A DNA stretch of 64,000 bases from Pseudomonadota bacterium (GTDB taxonomy: Bacteria > Bdellovibrionota_C > UBA2361 > OMII01). Made by a program: the position numbers and the translations under genes. This document shows positions 29,050-39,801 of this stretch, piece after piece; the stretch's first letter is position 1; each line of letters begins with the position of its first letter. The notes beneath the pieces were generated by a model. The model did not search any database and had not been told where the DNA came from. It was given only the letters and a program-made list of their open reading frames with translations. The stretch covers positions 20,615 through 84,614 of the forward strand of contig JBEGVS010000065.1 in NCBI GenBank assembly GCA_041178185.1, in the 5' to 3' direction.

Positions 29050-30859
29050 CCCCTAGCTTCAGCACAGCGAGGAAGGCTTCCTGAGGTATCGAAACTTTAC
29101 CGATCTGCTTCATCCGTTTCTTTCCCTCTTTCTGCTTTTCAAGCAGCTTCCTCTTTCGAGAAATATCACCGCCGTAACACTTGGCAGTCACGTTCTTACG
29201 CAACGCTTTCACGGTACTACGAGCGATCACTTTCGCACCGATACAGGCCTGAATAGCTATCTCAAACATCTGGCGGTCGATAAGCTCCTTCAGCTTCTCC
29301 GTTAACTCGCGTCCACGGAAAAATGCCTTACTTCGGTGAACAATGATACCTAAGGCATCGACCGGATCTCCATTCAACTTAATGTCCAGGCGTACAAGGT
29401 CCGCCTCGGAATACCCCACTATCTCGTAGTCGAAGGAGGCATAACCTTTTGTCATAGACTTAAGGCGGTCATGGAAGTCTAACACTATCTCATTTAGGGG
29501 AAGCTCGTATTGAATGACGGCACGCTCCATTCCATGGAAGGAGATATCCTTCTGAACGCCGCGACGCTCCTCACATAACTTAAGAACGTTACCTACATAC
29601 TCTTTTGGACAGTGAATAGTGGCGGCCACAATCGGCTCCTCAATTCGCTCAATATCCACTACATCAGGCATCTTAGTCGGGTTATCGACATCCACCACAG
29701 CACCGTCCGTGAGCACCATCTTGTAGACCACGGAGGGAGCTGTTGTGATGAGGTTCAACTCGAACTCGCGTTCGAGACGCTCCTGCACGATCTCCATATG
29801 GAGAAGTCCGAGGTAGCCACACCGATATCCGAATCCGAGCGCAGCTGATGTTTCAGGCTCAAAGGTAAAGGCACTGTCATTCAGGCTCAGTTTCTCGAGG
29901 GCGCTCTTCAGATTGCCGTAGTCATCGGCATCCACAGGGAAGAGACCACCGAACACCATCGGCCGAACCTCCTTGAACCCTGGAAGAGGCTCGACCCCCT
30001 CCTCTTTGGCGTGGGTTACGGTGTCTCCTATCCGTACATCTTTGAGGTTTTTTATCGCGGCGGAAAAGTAGCCCACCTGTCCACTTTCAAGTTCAGCAAC
30101 CTCGTGCGCATGCGGCGTAAACACCCCCAGCTTGTACACATCGTACTCTGTGTCGGTCGAGAGAAACTTAACTTTATCTCCAGCCTTCAATCGCCCATCG
30201 ATAATTCGTGCCTGGACGACAACACCAACATATGGGTCGAACCACGAATCATACACGAGCGCCCTCAGCGGATTGTCGATCGATCCGCGCTTAGGCGGGG
30301 GGACCCTCTTTACGATCGCCTCCAACAGGTCCTGAATTCCGATTCCCGTCTTGGCGCTTATAAGGAGCGAATCCGAGGTATCGAGCCCAATAACTGACTC
30401 GACCTCTTCCTTAACCCGGTCAGGATTAGCGTTTGGCAGATCAATTTTGTTAATCACCGGAATGATTTCAAGATCGTTCTCAATCGCCAGGTACACATTA
30501 GCCAGCGTCTGGGCCTCAACTCCTTGCGACGCATCGACAACCAACAGAGCGCCCTCACATGCGGAGAGGCTCTTAGACACCTCATAGTTGAAATCGACAT
30601 GCCCGGGCGTATCGATCAGGTTGAGTTGGTAGGTCTCCCCGTCCTGAGCTTTGTAGGACAACCGAACTGTCTGAGCTTTGATCGTAATGCCACGCTCTCG
30701 CTCCAGATCAAGCTTATCGAGGAACTGCGCCTGCATCTCGCGAGCTTGAAGAGCCCCGGTGGCCTCAAGAATTCTATCGGCGAGCGTGGACTTGCCGTGA
30801 TCGATGTGAGCGATGATGCTAAAATTGCGTATTTTGTCTCTGGGCGTCACGATGTGCAC
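29039..30859 (-). CDS. lepA: Elongation factor 4
   Basis: [28 protein letters not shown], and the LepA-specific C-terminal domain. Confidence 0.95.
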   Translation of the reverse strand: MHIVTPRDKIRNFSIIAHIDHGKSTLADRILEATGALQAREMQAQFLDKLDLERERGITIKAQTVRLSYKAQDGETYQLNLIDTPGHVDFNYEVSKSLSACEGALLVVDASQGVEAQTLANVYLAIENDLEIIPVINKIDLPNANPDRVKEEVESVIGLDTSDSLLISAKTGIGIQDLLEAIVKRVPPPKRGSIDNPLRALVYDSWFDPYVGVVVQARIIDGRLKAGDKVKFLSTDTEYDVYKLGVFTPHAHEVAELESGQVGYFSAAIKNLKDVRIGDTVTHAKEEGVEPLPGFKEVRPMVFGGLFPVDADDYGNLKSALEKLSLNDSAFTFEPETSAALGFGYRCGYLGLLHMEIVQERLEREFELNLITTAPSVVYKMVLTDGAVVDVDNPTKMPDVVDIERIEEPIVAATIHCPKEYVGNVLKLCEERRGVQKDISFHGMERAVIQYELPLNEIVLDFHDRLKSMTKGYASFDYEIVGYSEADLVRLDIKLNGDPVDALGIIVHRSKAFFRGRELTEKLKELIDRQMFEIAIQACIGAKVIARSTVKALRKNVTAKCYGGDISRKRKLLEKQKEGKKRMKQIGKVSIPQEAFLAVLKLGDEK

Positions 30860-30879
30860 TACTTTAAAACTGGACGCAC

Positions 30880-31830
30880 TTAGCGCGGCTCTTCACCACT
30901 ACGCAAGCGTTCCTCAAAATCAGCGATGGTTTTCTTGAGTCCCGAGTCGAGATCAACCTTCGGCTCCCAATCCAACTCCTTCTTGGCAAGGGAGATGTCA
31001 GGCTGACGGCGGGTAGGGTCGTCCTTGGGAAGAGGCTTGTGAATTATCTTTGACTTTGAGCCCGTGAGATTGATGACGCGCTCGGCAAGCGCCTTGATAG
31101 TCATCTCGTTGGGATTCCCGAGGTTGACTGGCCCACAAAAGTTATCTTTGTTCATCATCGCAACAAACGCGGCCACGAGATCATCAACGTAACAGAAGGA
31201 CCGTGTCTGCTCTCCTTCGCCGTATACGGTGATATCCTGGCCCTTGAGGGCTTGCACGATGAAGTTAGAAACCACCCGCCCGTCGTTGAACAACATCCGA
31301 GGACCATAGGTGTTAAAGATTCTCACGATTCGAGTGTCGACATGCCCCTGGTCCTGGTAGCTCATCGTCAAGGTCTCAGCCACACGCTTCCCTTCGTCAT
31401 AACAGCTTCGGGGACCAACAGGGTTCACATTCCCCCAATACGACTCCTTTTGAGGGTGTTGAAGGGGATCGCCGTATACTTCGGAGGTTGACGCAAGGAG
31501 GAAGCGCGCCCGAGTTCGCTTGGCGACTCCGAGCATATTTATCGTTCCGGTTACGTTCGTCTTGATCGTCTTAATCGGATTGTACTGGTAGTGAACAGGA
31601 GAAGCCGGACATGCAAGATGGTAGAGCTGATCACACTCAAGCAGAATCGGCTCAGTAACATCGTGTCGAATGAACTCGAAGTTCGAGTTCGATATCATGT
31701 GACGAATGTTTCTCTTCGCTCCGGTGAATAGGTTATCCACCGCCATCACCTCATGTCCTTGGGCGAGCAGCACATCACACAGATGCGATCCGATAAACCC
31801 CGCTCCTCCACTTACTACCACTCGCGCCAT
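30880..31830 (-). CDS. uxs: UDP-glucuronate decarboxylase (UDP-xylose synthase)
   Basis: [10 protein letters not shown], and the UXS hallmark [33 protein letters not shown]. Confidence 0.85.
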   Translation of the reverse strand: MARVVVSGGAGFIGSHLCDVLLAQGHEVMAVDNLFTGAKRNIRHMISNSNFEFIRHDVTEPILLECDQLYHLACPASPVHYQYNPIKTIKTNVTGTINMLGVAKRTRARFLLASTSEVYGDPLQHPQKESYWGNVNPVGPRSCYDEGKRVAETLTMSYQDQGHVDTRIVRIFNTYGPRMLFNDGRVVSNFIVQALKGQDITVYGEGEQTRSFCYVDDLVAAFVAMMNKDNFCGPVNLGNPNEMTIKALAERVINLTGSKSKIIHKPLPKDDPTRRQPDISLAKKELDWEPKVDLDSGLKKTIADFEERLRSGEEPR

Positions 31831-31861
31831 ATGCTCCTTTCCTCAGGTATCAATACAAGGT

Positions 31862-33184
31862 CTACCACGTCACCGCAGGTCGTCCCACACTATAGTAGGT
31901 AAACCCATGTGCCCGCATGTCGGCAACTTCGTAAATGTTTCGCCCGTCAAAAATAACTGGCGACACGAGATCTGCTTTGATCTTTTTGAAGTTGGGCTGC
32001 CGGAACGCGTTCCACTCGGTACACACAACCAAAGCGTCAGCTCCCTTCAACGCGTCGTAGTTACTGTCAAAGTACTCAACCTGGGCGTGCTCACCGAACT
32101 TTTCCCTAAAGGTGCCGTTCGCCTCTGGGTCATATGCTCGTACATTTGCTCCGAGCTTCACGAGCTCCGAGCAGATAGAGAGAGCTGGTGCCTCGCGCAC
32201 GTCATCAGTCTTGGGCTTAAACGCCAAGCCCCATAACGCGAAGGTCTTTCCCTTCACCTTGCTCTCTCCAAAGTGCTCTATGATCTTGCGAACCATGAGC
32301 TTCTTCTGATTTTTGTTCACCTCCTCAACAGATCGGGAGATGAGGAGATCTACACCGTGGTCCTTGCCGGTGCGAATGAGGGCCTGAACATCCTTGGGGA
32401 AGCAAGAGCCTCCGTATCCAATACCCGGGAAGATAAAACTCATGCCGATGCGCGAGTCTGTTCCTATCCCTATTCGAACCTTACTAATGTCCGCGCCGGC
32501 CTGTTCACACAGATTCGCAATCTCGTTCATGAATGAAACTCGCAGCGCGAGCATCGCGTTCGCTGCATATTTGGTCATCTCAGCGGAGCGAATATCCATA
32601 ACAAGAATTGGATTATTCGTTCGGACAAATGGAGCATACAGCTCACGCATGACGGCGGCGGACTTTTCACTTGCCACACCGACAACAACCCGATCCGGAC
32701 GAAGGAAGTCATCAATGGCCGCACCCTCTTTCAGGAACTCAGGGTTACTCACTACCTCCACCGGAAATTTGGACATCTTCTCAATTTCGAGCTTCACAAG
32801 GTCAGCGGTTCCCACCGGTACCGTCGACTTATCAACGACGATCTTTGGTCCGTTCATGTGCTCCCCGATAGCTCGGGCCACAGCGAGAACGTGCGTTAGA
32901 TCCGCGGAGCCATCCTCATCTTGCGGGGTCCCTACCGCGATGAAAATTATGTCGGAGGAATGAACGGCATCTTTAATAGAGGTGGTAAAGGAGAGCCGCT
33001 TAGCCTTCGAGTTACTTTTGACAAGATCTTCCAATCCCGGCTCAAAGATTGGGATCTGACCCGCCTTTAGCGCGTCAACTTTTTTCTGGTTGATATCAAC
33101 ACAGATAACGTCGTTGCCAGTCTCCGCGAAACAGGCTCCCGCCACCAACCCTACGTATCCCGTTCCGACAACCGCGATGTTCAT
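31862..33184 (-). CDS. ugd: UDP-glucose 6-dehydrogenase
   Basis: MNIAVVGTGYVGL, catalytic GGSCFPKD, full length of 440 aa. Confidence 0.9.
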   Translation of the reverse strand: MNIAVVGTGYVGLVAGACFAETGNDVICVDINQKKVDALKAGQIPIFEPGLEDLVKSNSKAKRLSFTTSIKDAVHSSDIIFIAVGTPQDEDGSADLTHVLAVARAIGEHMNGPKIVVDKSTVPVGTADLVKLEIEKMSKFPVEVVSNPEFLKEGAAIDDFLRPDRVVVGVASEKSAAVMRELYAPFVRTNNPILVMDIRSAEMTKYAANAMLALRVSFMNEIANLCEQAGADISKVRIGIGTDSRIGMSFIFPGIGYGGSCFPKDVQALIRTGKDHGVDLLISRSVEEVNKNQKKLMVRKIIEHFGESKVKGKTFALWGLAFKPKTDDVREAPALSICSELVKLGANVRAYDPEANGTFREKFGEHAQVEYFDSNYDALKGADALVVCTEWNAFRQPNFKKIKADLVSPVIFDGRNIYEVADMRAHGFTYYSVGRPAVTW

Positions 33185-33698
33185 GTACAGTCTCCTTTTA
33201 GATGGATGTCTGAGAAACGGTCGTTCCGTGGCGTTACAGCGCTCTTACCGACTTCCTCAGCACGATTCGAAAGTGAGAGTATTCACAAACGGCCTCTACC
33301 GATACGTGACGAGCCTCCTACTCCGCGCTCCAACGGCACCCTAAACTCGCGAATCCCAACAGGTTATAGCCGAACGGCCTAGGGAGATCAAAGGGTTGAA
33401 GGGGGTGTGGTGTTGCACACCTAGATATCCTTTCCAGGGTAGCTAGAAAGCCACCCCAACTCACCGTAAACAGCTCACCTTCCTCCTTTGACCTGGCCTC
33501 TCCCCTCGAGACCAGAGGGCATCAGGAAGGATTCCCAAGGATGTCAACCGCCGCTCCCTTACCGGGCCCTCAACAAAACCAACTCTGCCCCTTGAGTTCG
33601 CCTAAGCCCCTCTCAGCACCCCTGCTGGCGTTCGACCCATCACGACGTCAACTCGAGTTTCACTACCCTCACCTTTCAAGGTGTGCTACCAACCGCCC

Positions 33699-34889
33699 AT
33701 GGCCACAAAAAATATCACCTCCCTCAAGGGAGTGTTCTCCTCCGGAATCGCCGCTCACATCAAAGCCAACGGCAAAAACGACCTCGCTTTTATCTTTGTT
33801 CCGAACGCGTATGGGAGCGCGGGAGTGTTCACTCGCAGCGCCTTCGCAGCACCTCCGCTCATCCATACCAAGAGATCGATGAAGCGCGGCACCTTAAAAG
33901 CTCTCATTGTGAACTCCGGTTGTGCGAACGCTGCCACCGGGGCCGCGGGGATGCGTGACGCGCAGAGGACAGCCAAACTTGCAGCGAAACATCTCAACAT
34001 CAAACCACACGAGGTTGCTCTGGCATCCACAGGAATTATCGGCAAGCTGCTTCCCATGGATAAGGTAGAGGCGGGCCTGGAGAAACTCTTGGCAAATCCC
34101 AAAGCGCGCAATGGAGATGCCACAGCAAAAGCTATCATGACCACCGACCTGACTCAGAAGGAGGTCTATGTATCAACAACGATCAACGGACAGCGCATAT
34201 CCGTGGCAGGCTGCGCCAAGGGCTCCGGCATGATTGCGCCAAATATGGCGACGATGCTGGCCTTTCTCGTTACCGACGCCAAAGTTGATTCCAAGACTTT
34301 GCAGAATGCCCTCACGAGCGCAGTGAACGACTCCTTCAATATGACCTCCGTCGATACGGATACATCGACTAATGATACCGTCATGGTGTTCTCGACCGGT
34401 GAAAAGGGAGGAAAGATCTCATCGGCATCGGACAAAAGAGCGTTCACTAATCTCCTCACACTCGCGTGTCAAAATCTCGCCAAGCAGATCGCAGCGGACG
34501 GCGAGGGAGCCACGAAACTCATCGAAGTGGAGGTGCTCGGAGCCAGAAACGAGAAGGAGGCTCGGCGGGTAGCGATGAACGTCATTAACTCCCCTCTCGT
34601 AAAGACCGCCATTCACGGCGCGGACCCCAATTGGGGGCGAGTGCTCGCGGCTGCCGGGAAAGACCCCTCACTCAAGGTAGATCCATCGCGGGTTGACCTT
34701 ACATTCGCCGGAGCCCCAGTGATGCGTCGCGGGAAGATCGTTGCCCATGACCGTAAGAGGATTCGAAAGCTCATGTCTGTGCGTGACGTCCCTATCCAAC
34801 TCAACTTGAACGTCGGAAAGGGACGGGCCCGGGCGTGGGGTTGTGACCTTACTCACGGCTATGTCGACATCAACGTCAGCTATAACTGA
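33699..34889 (+). CDS. argJ: Bifunctional glutamate N-acetyltransferase/amino-acid acetyltransferase (ornithine acetyltransferase)
   Basis: The autoproteolytic ATML site (PNMATMLAF) is present, with ArgJ similarity throughout. The start is taken at MATKN (33699). Confidence 0.88.
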   Translation: MATKNITSLKGVFSSGIAAHIKANGKNDLAFIFVPNAYGSAGVFTRSAFAAPPLIHTKRSMKRGTLKALIVNSGCANAATGAAGMRDAQRTAKLAAKHLNIKPHEVALASTGIIGKLLPMDKVEAGLEKLLANPKARNGDATAKAIMTTDLTQKEVYVSTTINGQRISVAGCAKGSGMIAPNMATMLAFLVTDAKVDSKTLQNALTSAVNDSFNMTSVDTDTSTNDTVMVFSTGEKGGKISSASDKRAFTNLLTLACQNLAKQIAADGEGATKLIEVEVLGARNEKEARRVAMNVINSPLVKTAIHGADPNWGRVLAAAGKDPSLKVDPSRVDLTFAGAPVMRRGKIVAHDRKRIRKLMSVRDVPIQLNLNVGKGRARAWGCDLTHGYVDINVSYN

Positions 34890-34892
34890 TCC

Positions 34893-35228
34893 ATGGTCGC
34901 AGAGATCGACTGGCACAAGATTCATACCATCCGCCTCGCGGCATGCTGCCAGCGCGCGGCGACAGATTTTAACCTCTCGATAACCAGCCCGTTTATCCTC
35001 AATGAGGGAGGACCGGACGAACATCGCTTTATTGCCCTCTTCCCCCGTATCGGCCCCCTTAACGGTACGGTGGTATGTCTGGCCTCTGATTGGGATAGTT
35101 TAAACGAGGTTGCCCACGCTCACGGATATACGTGCGTCGGAGTTCCGGCGGAGAGTTGCGCCTCCTATGAGGCCACCCGCTGGGGCTCTTTCATACGGGA
35201 ATGGGATACCCCTTCACCCGACGCCTAA
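34893..35228 (+). CDS. Hypothetical 111-aa protein immediately downstream of argJ
   Basis: The ORF is 3 nt from the argJ stop. No recognised motif. Confidence 0.3.
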   Translation: MVAEIDWHKIHTIRLAACCQRAATDFNLSITSPFILNEGGPDEHRFIALFPRIGPLNGTVVCLASDWDSLNEVAHAHGYTCVGVPAESCASYEATRWGSFIREWDTPSPDA

Positions 35229-35348
35229 ACCGAAACCATCTGGCGTCGACGCTCAAAACTCATTATACCCCTAAAGAGGAGTCCGGTTCGGGGACCCCCT
35301 TGACGCCCCACGGCGCTTCAACGCCGGGCTCTTTTGATAGGAAACTTC

Positions 35349-35915
35349 ATGCGCTCCTCGTTGCTCAAAACGGTGCTACTCGCCTCGATGGCCGCCTCAG
35401 CTATGGTCGGATGTGGAGGGGGCGGAGGAGACGACTCGAGTGACTTCTCCGGAGCCGCAAATGTGAGCATGTCCCTCAACCCTTCCTCTCTCGATTCGGG
35501 CGATAGGACGCTCGTCCGCGTAGAGGTGAGCGACGTGCACGAAAACGGTATAGCTCTCAAATTCCGATATCCCGAGGGGCTGGTGTACGTTTCCAACTCG
35601 GGGACACTCGTCATAGACGAAAAAGAGACCTCCATTAAGCCACGAGTCAATGCGGTCACATCAGATGAGGAGTCTGTGTATCTGGTGTTCTATCTGCCTC
35701 AGAAGCTCTTTCGACGAGCGGGTCAAGAGTACTCAGGAGAGGGGGGCACGGTCGAGCTTCAGCTGGTCGGAAAATCAGCCGTTCAGGACGGCCTCGTCGA
35801 GGTAGACGCCGATGTGGACGACCCTGGGATCGCGGATACCCTCGAATTTAATATCTCAAAGCCGGAGTTCCTAGCCGAAGATCAGCAGTCGATTTCGGTC
35901 CAAGTAGCCGAATAA
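35349..35915 (+). CDS. Hypothetical lipoprotein
   Basis: Signal peptide with an AMVGCGGGGG lipobox. The mature part is acidic and rich in beta-strand-forming residues. Confidence 0.5.
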   Translation: MRSSLLKTVLLASMAASAMVGCGGGGGDDSSDFSGAANVSMSLNPSSLDSGDRTLVRVEVSDVHENGIALKFRYPEGLVYVSNSGTLVIDEKETSIKPRVNAVTSDEESVYLVFYLPQKLFRRAGQEYSGEGGTVELQLVGKSAVQDGLVEVDADVDDPGIADTLEFNISKPEFLAEDQQSISVQVAE

Positions 35916-36023
35916 CCAAAGATTGCGACCTTTTGACGGTTCGACTATTGTCTCAATCTGAACGTCCTTTCACGCACCAGGTGACAGGAACGGTACCGAG
36001 TCTGCTCGGCACTGTGCACCTCT

Positions 36024-37448
36024 GTGTCGAACTCTGAAAAGCTCGTCTTTGCAGAAGTTTACACGGAGTCACCTAGGAAAGAGAGAAAGAGAGAAGAGGC
36101 GTTAGGTTTACTTTACTTGAAGAGAGCATTCGTGGGACAGCACCGCCAAATTTTGCTAGAGCATATCAAGCAGCCCGACCAACACACCCTCCCAGGGTAC
36201 GAGAGTCGAGGTGGGTACCAAGCCATTCGAAAAGCTCTCTCTATGGACCCCCTCGCTATCATCGAGGAGGTAAAGAAATCCGGTATTCGTGGCCGGGGCG
36301 GCGCGGGCTTCTCAGCGGGAATGAAGTGGAGCTTTGTTCCTCGCAATACCGGCAAACCAACCTACATTATTTGCAACGCGGATGAGAGCGAGCCTGGCAC
36401 CTTTAAAGATCGCCTTCTCATGGAGCGGAACCCCCACGCCGTTATTGAGGGCATGATGATCGCGGCGCTCGCGGTCCAAAGCAATTGGATGTGCGTCTAC
36501 ATCCGCGGAGAATACGCCTATCCCTACACACAACTTAAAAAAGCTGTGAACGAATGTTACGCAAAGGGATACCTTGGGAAAAATATCTTCGGGAGCAATT
36601 ACTCACTGGACCTCGTCGTTCACCGTGGGGCTGGAGCATACATTTGCGGAGAGGAGACGGGACTCATCGAATCGCTAGAGGGCAAAAAAGGGCAACCTCG
36701 TCTTAAGCCTCCCTACTTTCCTGCGGTGCTCGGTCTCTACAACAGTCCTACCATCGTAAACAACGTCGAAACCTACGCCGCGGTGCCTTGGATCATACAC
36801 AACGGCGCCGACGCGTACGCAGCGATCGGTACTGAGAAATCGAAAGGCACAAAGCTCATCTCTGCGTCGGGTCACATCAACAAGCCCGGCGTATACGAGA
36901 TTGAGATGGGATACCCCTTCAAGCGATTCCTTGAAGAGGAGTGCGGAGGAATGCTTAACGGTCGAAAACTGAAAGCGGTAATTCCGGGAGGGTCCTCAAC
37001 GCCTATCCTTCGCGCGGAGGATATCGAGGATGCCGTGATGGATTATGAGGGATGGGCCAAGCTCGGCACCTTCCTCGGCTCAGGCGGGGTTATCATCCTC
37101 GATGATACCGTCGACATGGTTGACGCGATCCAGAATCTGGCTCACTTTTATGCGCACGAGTCATGCGGTCAGTGCACTCCGTGTAGAGAGGGTGGTCACT
37201 GGGTAGAAAAGACCTTCCGGCGAATCAACGGTGGCGAAGGCGCTCCCGGTGATATCGAGATGCTCCATTCCATCTGCAATCAGATTATGGGACACACGAT
37301 CTGTCCACTTGGCGATGCGCTCGTGATGCCGGTCCGAAGTTTCCTTACGAAGTTTAATGACGAATTCAACGGAAAGATCGAGGACGCACTCGACGGGAAG
37401 AGCCCCTCCACGAAGAGCTTGAATGCCTCATTCGGAGACACTCACTGA
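36024..37448 (+). CDS. nuoF: NADH:quinone oxidoreductase 51-kDa subunit homologue (NuoF/HoxF-like) that binds FMN, NADH and a 4Fe-4S cluster. It stands alone, outside any nuo operon.
   Basis: GLRGRGGAGFSAGMKW, the FMN/NADH motifs GAGAYICGEETGLIESLEGK, and the Fe-S motif ESCGQCTPCREG. Confidence 0.8.
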   Translation: MSNSEKLVFAEVYTESPRKERKREEALGLLYLKRAFVGQHRQILLEHIKQPDQHTLPGYESRGGYQAIRKALSMDPLAIIEEVKKSGIRGRGGAGFSAGMKWSFVPRNTGKPTYIICNADESEPGTFKDRLLMERNPHAVIEGMMIAALAVQSNWMCVYIRGEYAYPYTQLKKAVNECYAKGYLGKNIFGSNYSLDLVVHRGAGAYICGEETGLIESLEGKKGQPRLKPPYFPAVLGLYNSPTIVNNVETYAAVPWIIHNGADAYAAIGTEKSKGTKLISASGHINKPGVYEIEMGYPFKRFLEEECGGMLNGRKLKAVIPGGSSTPILRAEDIEDAVMDYEGWAKLGTFLGSGGVIILDDTVDMVDAIQNLAHFYAHESCGQCTPCREGGHWVEKTFRRINGGEGAPGDIEMLHSICNQIMGHTICPLGDALVMPVRSFLTKFNDEFNGKIEDALDGKSPSTKSLNASFGDTH

Positions 37449-37466
37449 GATAACGGGTTCTCAACC

Positions 37467-38339
37467 ATGAAAGATTCACCAGCGGTTGCGGCTCTCAAAT
37501 CTTTCATGCGGTGTGCACTGCTCATCACCAGCACCCTATGTAGCTTTGCGCTTCCGGGTCTGGCACAAACGCTCATCGAGCCTCCGACATGGGAGAAGCT
37601 GGGCAGCGGTCTCGAGCAAACGAACTTCAAGATAAACGGCGATTCCATTATCTCCTCTTCCATAGCCATCGTCAGATCGGACATGCAAAGCCATCGCATA
37701 GCGACCATTCGCGCCTCCGAATTCGGCTGGAAACACGCTACGGTTCAAGCTCTCTGCAAAGCCTCCGGAGCGGTGGCGTGCGTCAACGCAAACTTTTTCG
37801 ACGAGCAGGGAAAGCCACTCGGTCTTGTCATCAGCCGAGGGATAATTCATCAAAAGATCCACAAAGGGGGAGGATTGCTAACGGGCATCCTTTTTGTCTC
37901 TCCGAAGTTGGTCGGCGTTGCTCATCGGGATGGATTTTCCACCGAGGGTGTCGTTGAAGCGGTTCAAGCTGGGCCGCGACTCGTGAGCAAGGGAGCAATC
38001 GTTGAGGGGCTGAAAGAATCCTCGCGCTCCTCAAACCTCTCTGGGATCTGCATCGATGAACAACAACGCGTTTCGATCTTTCGCGTGACCTCAGGGGTTT
38101 TCGGCGGTTCTCTTCATCAACTCCAAAATGTTCTCACACAACCCCAGATTGGATGTGTCGAAGCTCTCAACTTCGATGGCGGAGGTTCATCGAGTATGTA
38201 CATCTCGGGGGAGATTCAGGGGCATGCGGGTGCTGTTAGAGAGGAGAACTTTCCTGGCACGGATGAGGTTCCGGTAGCTATTGGACTGTTCCCCGTCGTC
38301 GGAACTCCACCCGTTGCAACGCCTCATCCTACGCCCTAG
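37467..38339 (+). CDS. Secreted protein of the phosphodiester glycosidase family (NAGPA-like / DUF2233)
   Basis: Signal peptide. Motifs VNANFFDEQGKPLGLVISRG and LNFDGGGSSSMY. Confidence 0.55.
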   Translation: MKDSPAVAALKSFMRCALLITSTLCSFALPGLAQTLIEPPTWEKLGSGLEQTNFKINGDSIISSSIAIVRSDMQSHRIATIRASEFGWKHATVQALCKASGAVACVNANFFDEQGKPLGLVISRGIIHQKIHKGGGLLTGILFVSPKLVGVAHRDGFSTEGVVEAVQAGPRLVSKGAIVEGLKESSRSSNLSGICIDEQQRVSIFRVTSGVFGGSLHQLQNVLTQPQIGCVEALNFDGGGSSSMYISGEIQGHAGAVREENFPGTDEVPVAIGLFPVVGTPPVATPHPTP

Positions 38340-38362
38340 GGGAGCGAGCAAGCTAGTTGTGG

Positions 38363-38383
38363 GAGAGAGAGTGTGTGTGTGTG
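38363..38383. repeat. Simple-sequence repeat (GA)4-5(GT)6
   Basis: gagagagagtgtgtgtgtgtg was read directly. It lies in the intergenic region between convergent 3' ends. Confidence 0.6.
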
Positions 38384-38411
38384 CCCTCGCTTGTAGGTCG
38401 AAGGTCTCCGG

Positions 38412-39605
38412 TTAGAAACCGGCGGCATTGACGGGGCCGATCGCGTCCACAAGCGTATCGATGACATACGCAACCTCTGTGTCTGAGAGTCCCTCATAGA
38501 GCGGAAGGCTCAGGCATCGCGCATAGTACTCCTCTGCGTGAGGACACTTACCAGGGGCATACCCATATTTTTGACGGTAGTAAGGGTGCCAGTACACGGG
38601 GATATAATGCACCTGGGGCTGCACTCCACGAGCCACAAGGTGCTCGTATATTCGTTTCCGATCAGAGGCACCGCCTGGAAGCTCAACCGCCGCGAGATGA
38701 AAACAGGGGTCGGTATCAGCCGGACACACCGGTGGAGTAAGGCCCGGAACACTACTTAATGCACGGGTATAGTGGTCGACTATCTCTCTTCTTCGACCCT
38801 TGATTGAGGCAAGCCGTCGGAGTTGAGAGCGCCCAAGCGCGCACTGAATATCGGTTATACGATAATTAAAACCGAGCTCTAGCATCTCGTAGTACCACGC
38901 GCCCTCCCCTTTAGGGATGTGCGCTTGCCCTCGCTCTATCCCATGCGACCGAAGACGCCTGAGCCGCTTCGCAACCTCATCATCATTTGTCAAAACAGCT
39001 CCACCCTCTCCGGTCGTAATGGTCTTTACGGGATGAAAGGAAAAGACGGCGAGGTCCGAATGAGCACACCCGCCAGAATGATGCCACGCTCCATCACTGA
39101 CGTAGCGGGAACCGATGGCGTGTGCTGCGTCCTCTATGACCTTGAACCCGAAACGACGCGAGAGCGCAAAAACGCGGGGTAGGTCCGCAGGCACCCCAGC
39201 AAAACTCACCATCACTACAACCTGCGGGATCTCCTTGGTAAGGCAATATTTCTCCAGCGCATCAACCGAGAGACAACGAGTCTTCGGATCGATATCAACA
39301 AAGTCGCTTCGCAGACCCACGTATTCAAAGCAATTCGAAGATGCAACGAATGTTATGGGTGTGGTGATGGCCAGCCCCCCGGACGGGAGATCAAGCGCCA
39401 TACAGGCGAGATGCAATCCTGCGGTCGCATTAGAACAAGCGATGGCGTGTTTAGCCCCTGCGAGCGAAGCCAACTCCTCCTCAAATAGACTCACCTGAGG
39501 ACCGGAGGTCAAAAAATCTGACCCTAAGGTGTCGACAACGCAGGCGACATCCTCCGCCGTAATCGTTTGGCGTCCGTAAGGGATCGGTTTGAAAGGCTTC
39601 GCCAT
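38412..39605 (-). CDS. pseC: DegT/DnrJ/EryC1-family PLP aminotransferase; UDP-4-amino-4,6-dideoxy-N-acetyl-beta-L-altrosamine transaminase
   Basis: MAKPFKPIPYGRQ N-terminus, DegT motifs, and a PLP Lys region (SFHPVKTITTGEGG). It sits inside the pse locus. The start is at 39605; the ORF track extends further. Confidence 0.8.
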   Translation of the reverse strand: MAKPFKPIPYGRQTITAEDVACVVDTLGSDFLTSGPQVSLFEEELASLAGAKHAIACSNATAGLHLACMALDLPSGGLAITTPITFVASSNCFEYVGLRSDFVDIDPKTRCLSVDALEKYCLTKEIPQVVVMVSFAGVPADLPRVFALSRRFGFKVIEDAAHAIGSRYVSDGAWHHSGGCAHSDLAVFSFHPVKTITTGEGGAVLTNDDEVAKRLRRLRSHGIERGQAHIPKGEGAWYYEMLELGFNYRITDIQCALGRSQLRRLASIKGRRREIVDHYTRALSSVPGLTPPVCPADTDPCFHLAAVELPGGASDRKRIYEHLVARGVQPQVHYIPVYWHPYYRQKYGYAPGKCPHAEEYYARCLSLPLYEGLSDTEVAYVIDTLVDAIGPVNAAGF

Positions 39606-39801
39606 AGAAAATATCACCACAATGTACGTACGGATAAGATGTTCCCGGCCCCCTGATGGGCGCCATCGGATACAGGTGGTTTTTACCCCCCGATGCGACC
39701 GTCGTAACCATCTGATTTCTCTAACTGGGTTTGATTTTGGTCGAGTGCTTTTTGCCCCCTCCGACTCCCTCTGGGCCGCATCTAACACAGGTGTGGACTC
39801 C

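Noticed and set aside
33541-33882. 113-codon ORF overlapping the argJ start
   Set aside because: Pro/Ser-rich low-complexity translation that overlaps a strongly supported argJ start with its own upstream context. Judged spurious.
38363-38383. (GA)n(GT)6 microsatellite as a phase-variation switch for the pse locus
   Set aside because: It lies between the 3' ends of convergent genes, not in a promoter or a reading frame. Slippage here would not gate expression.
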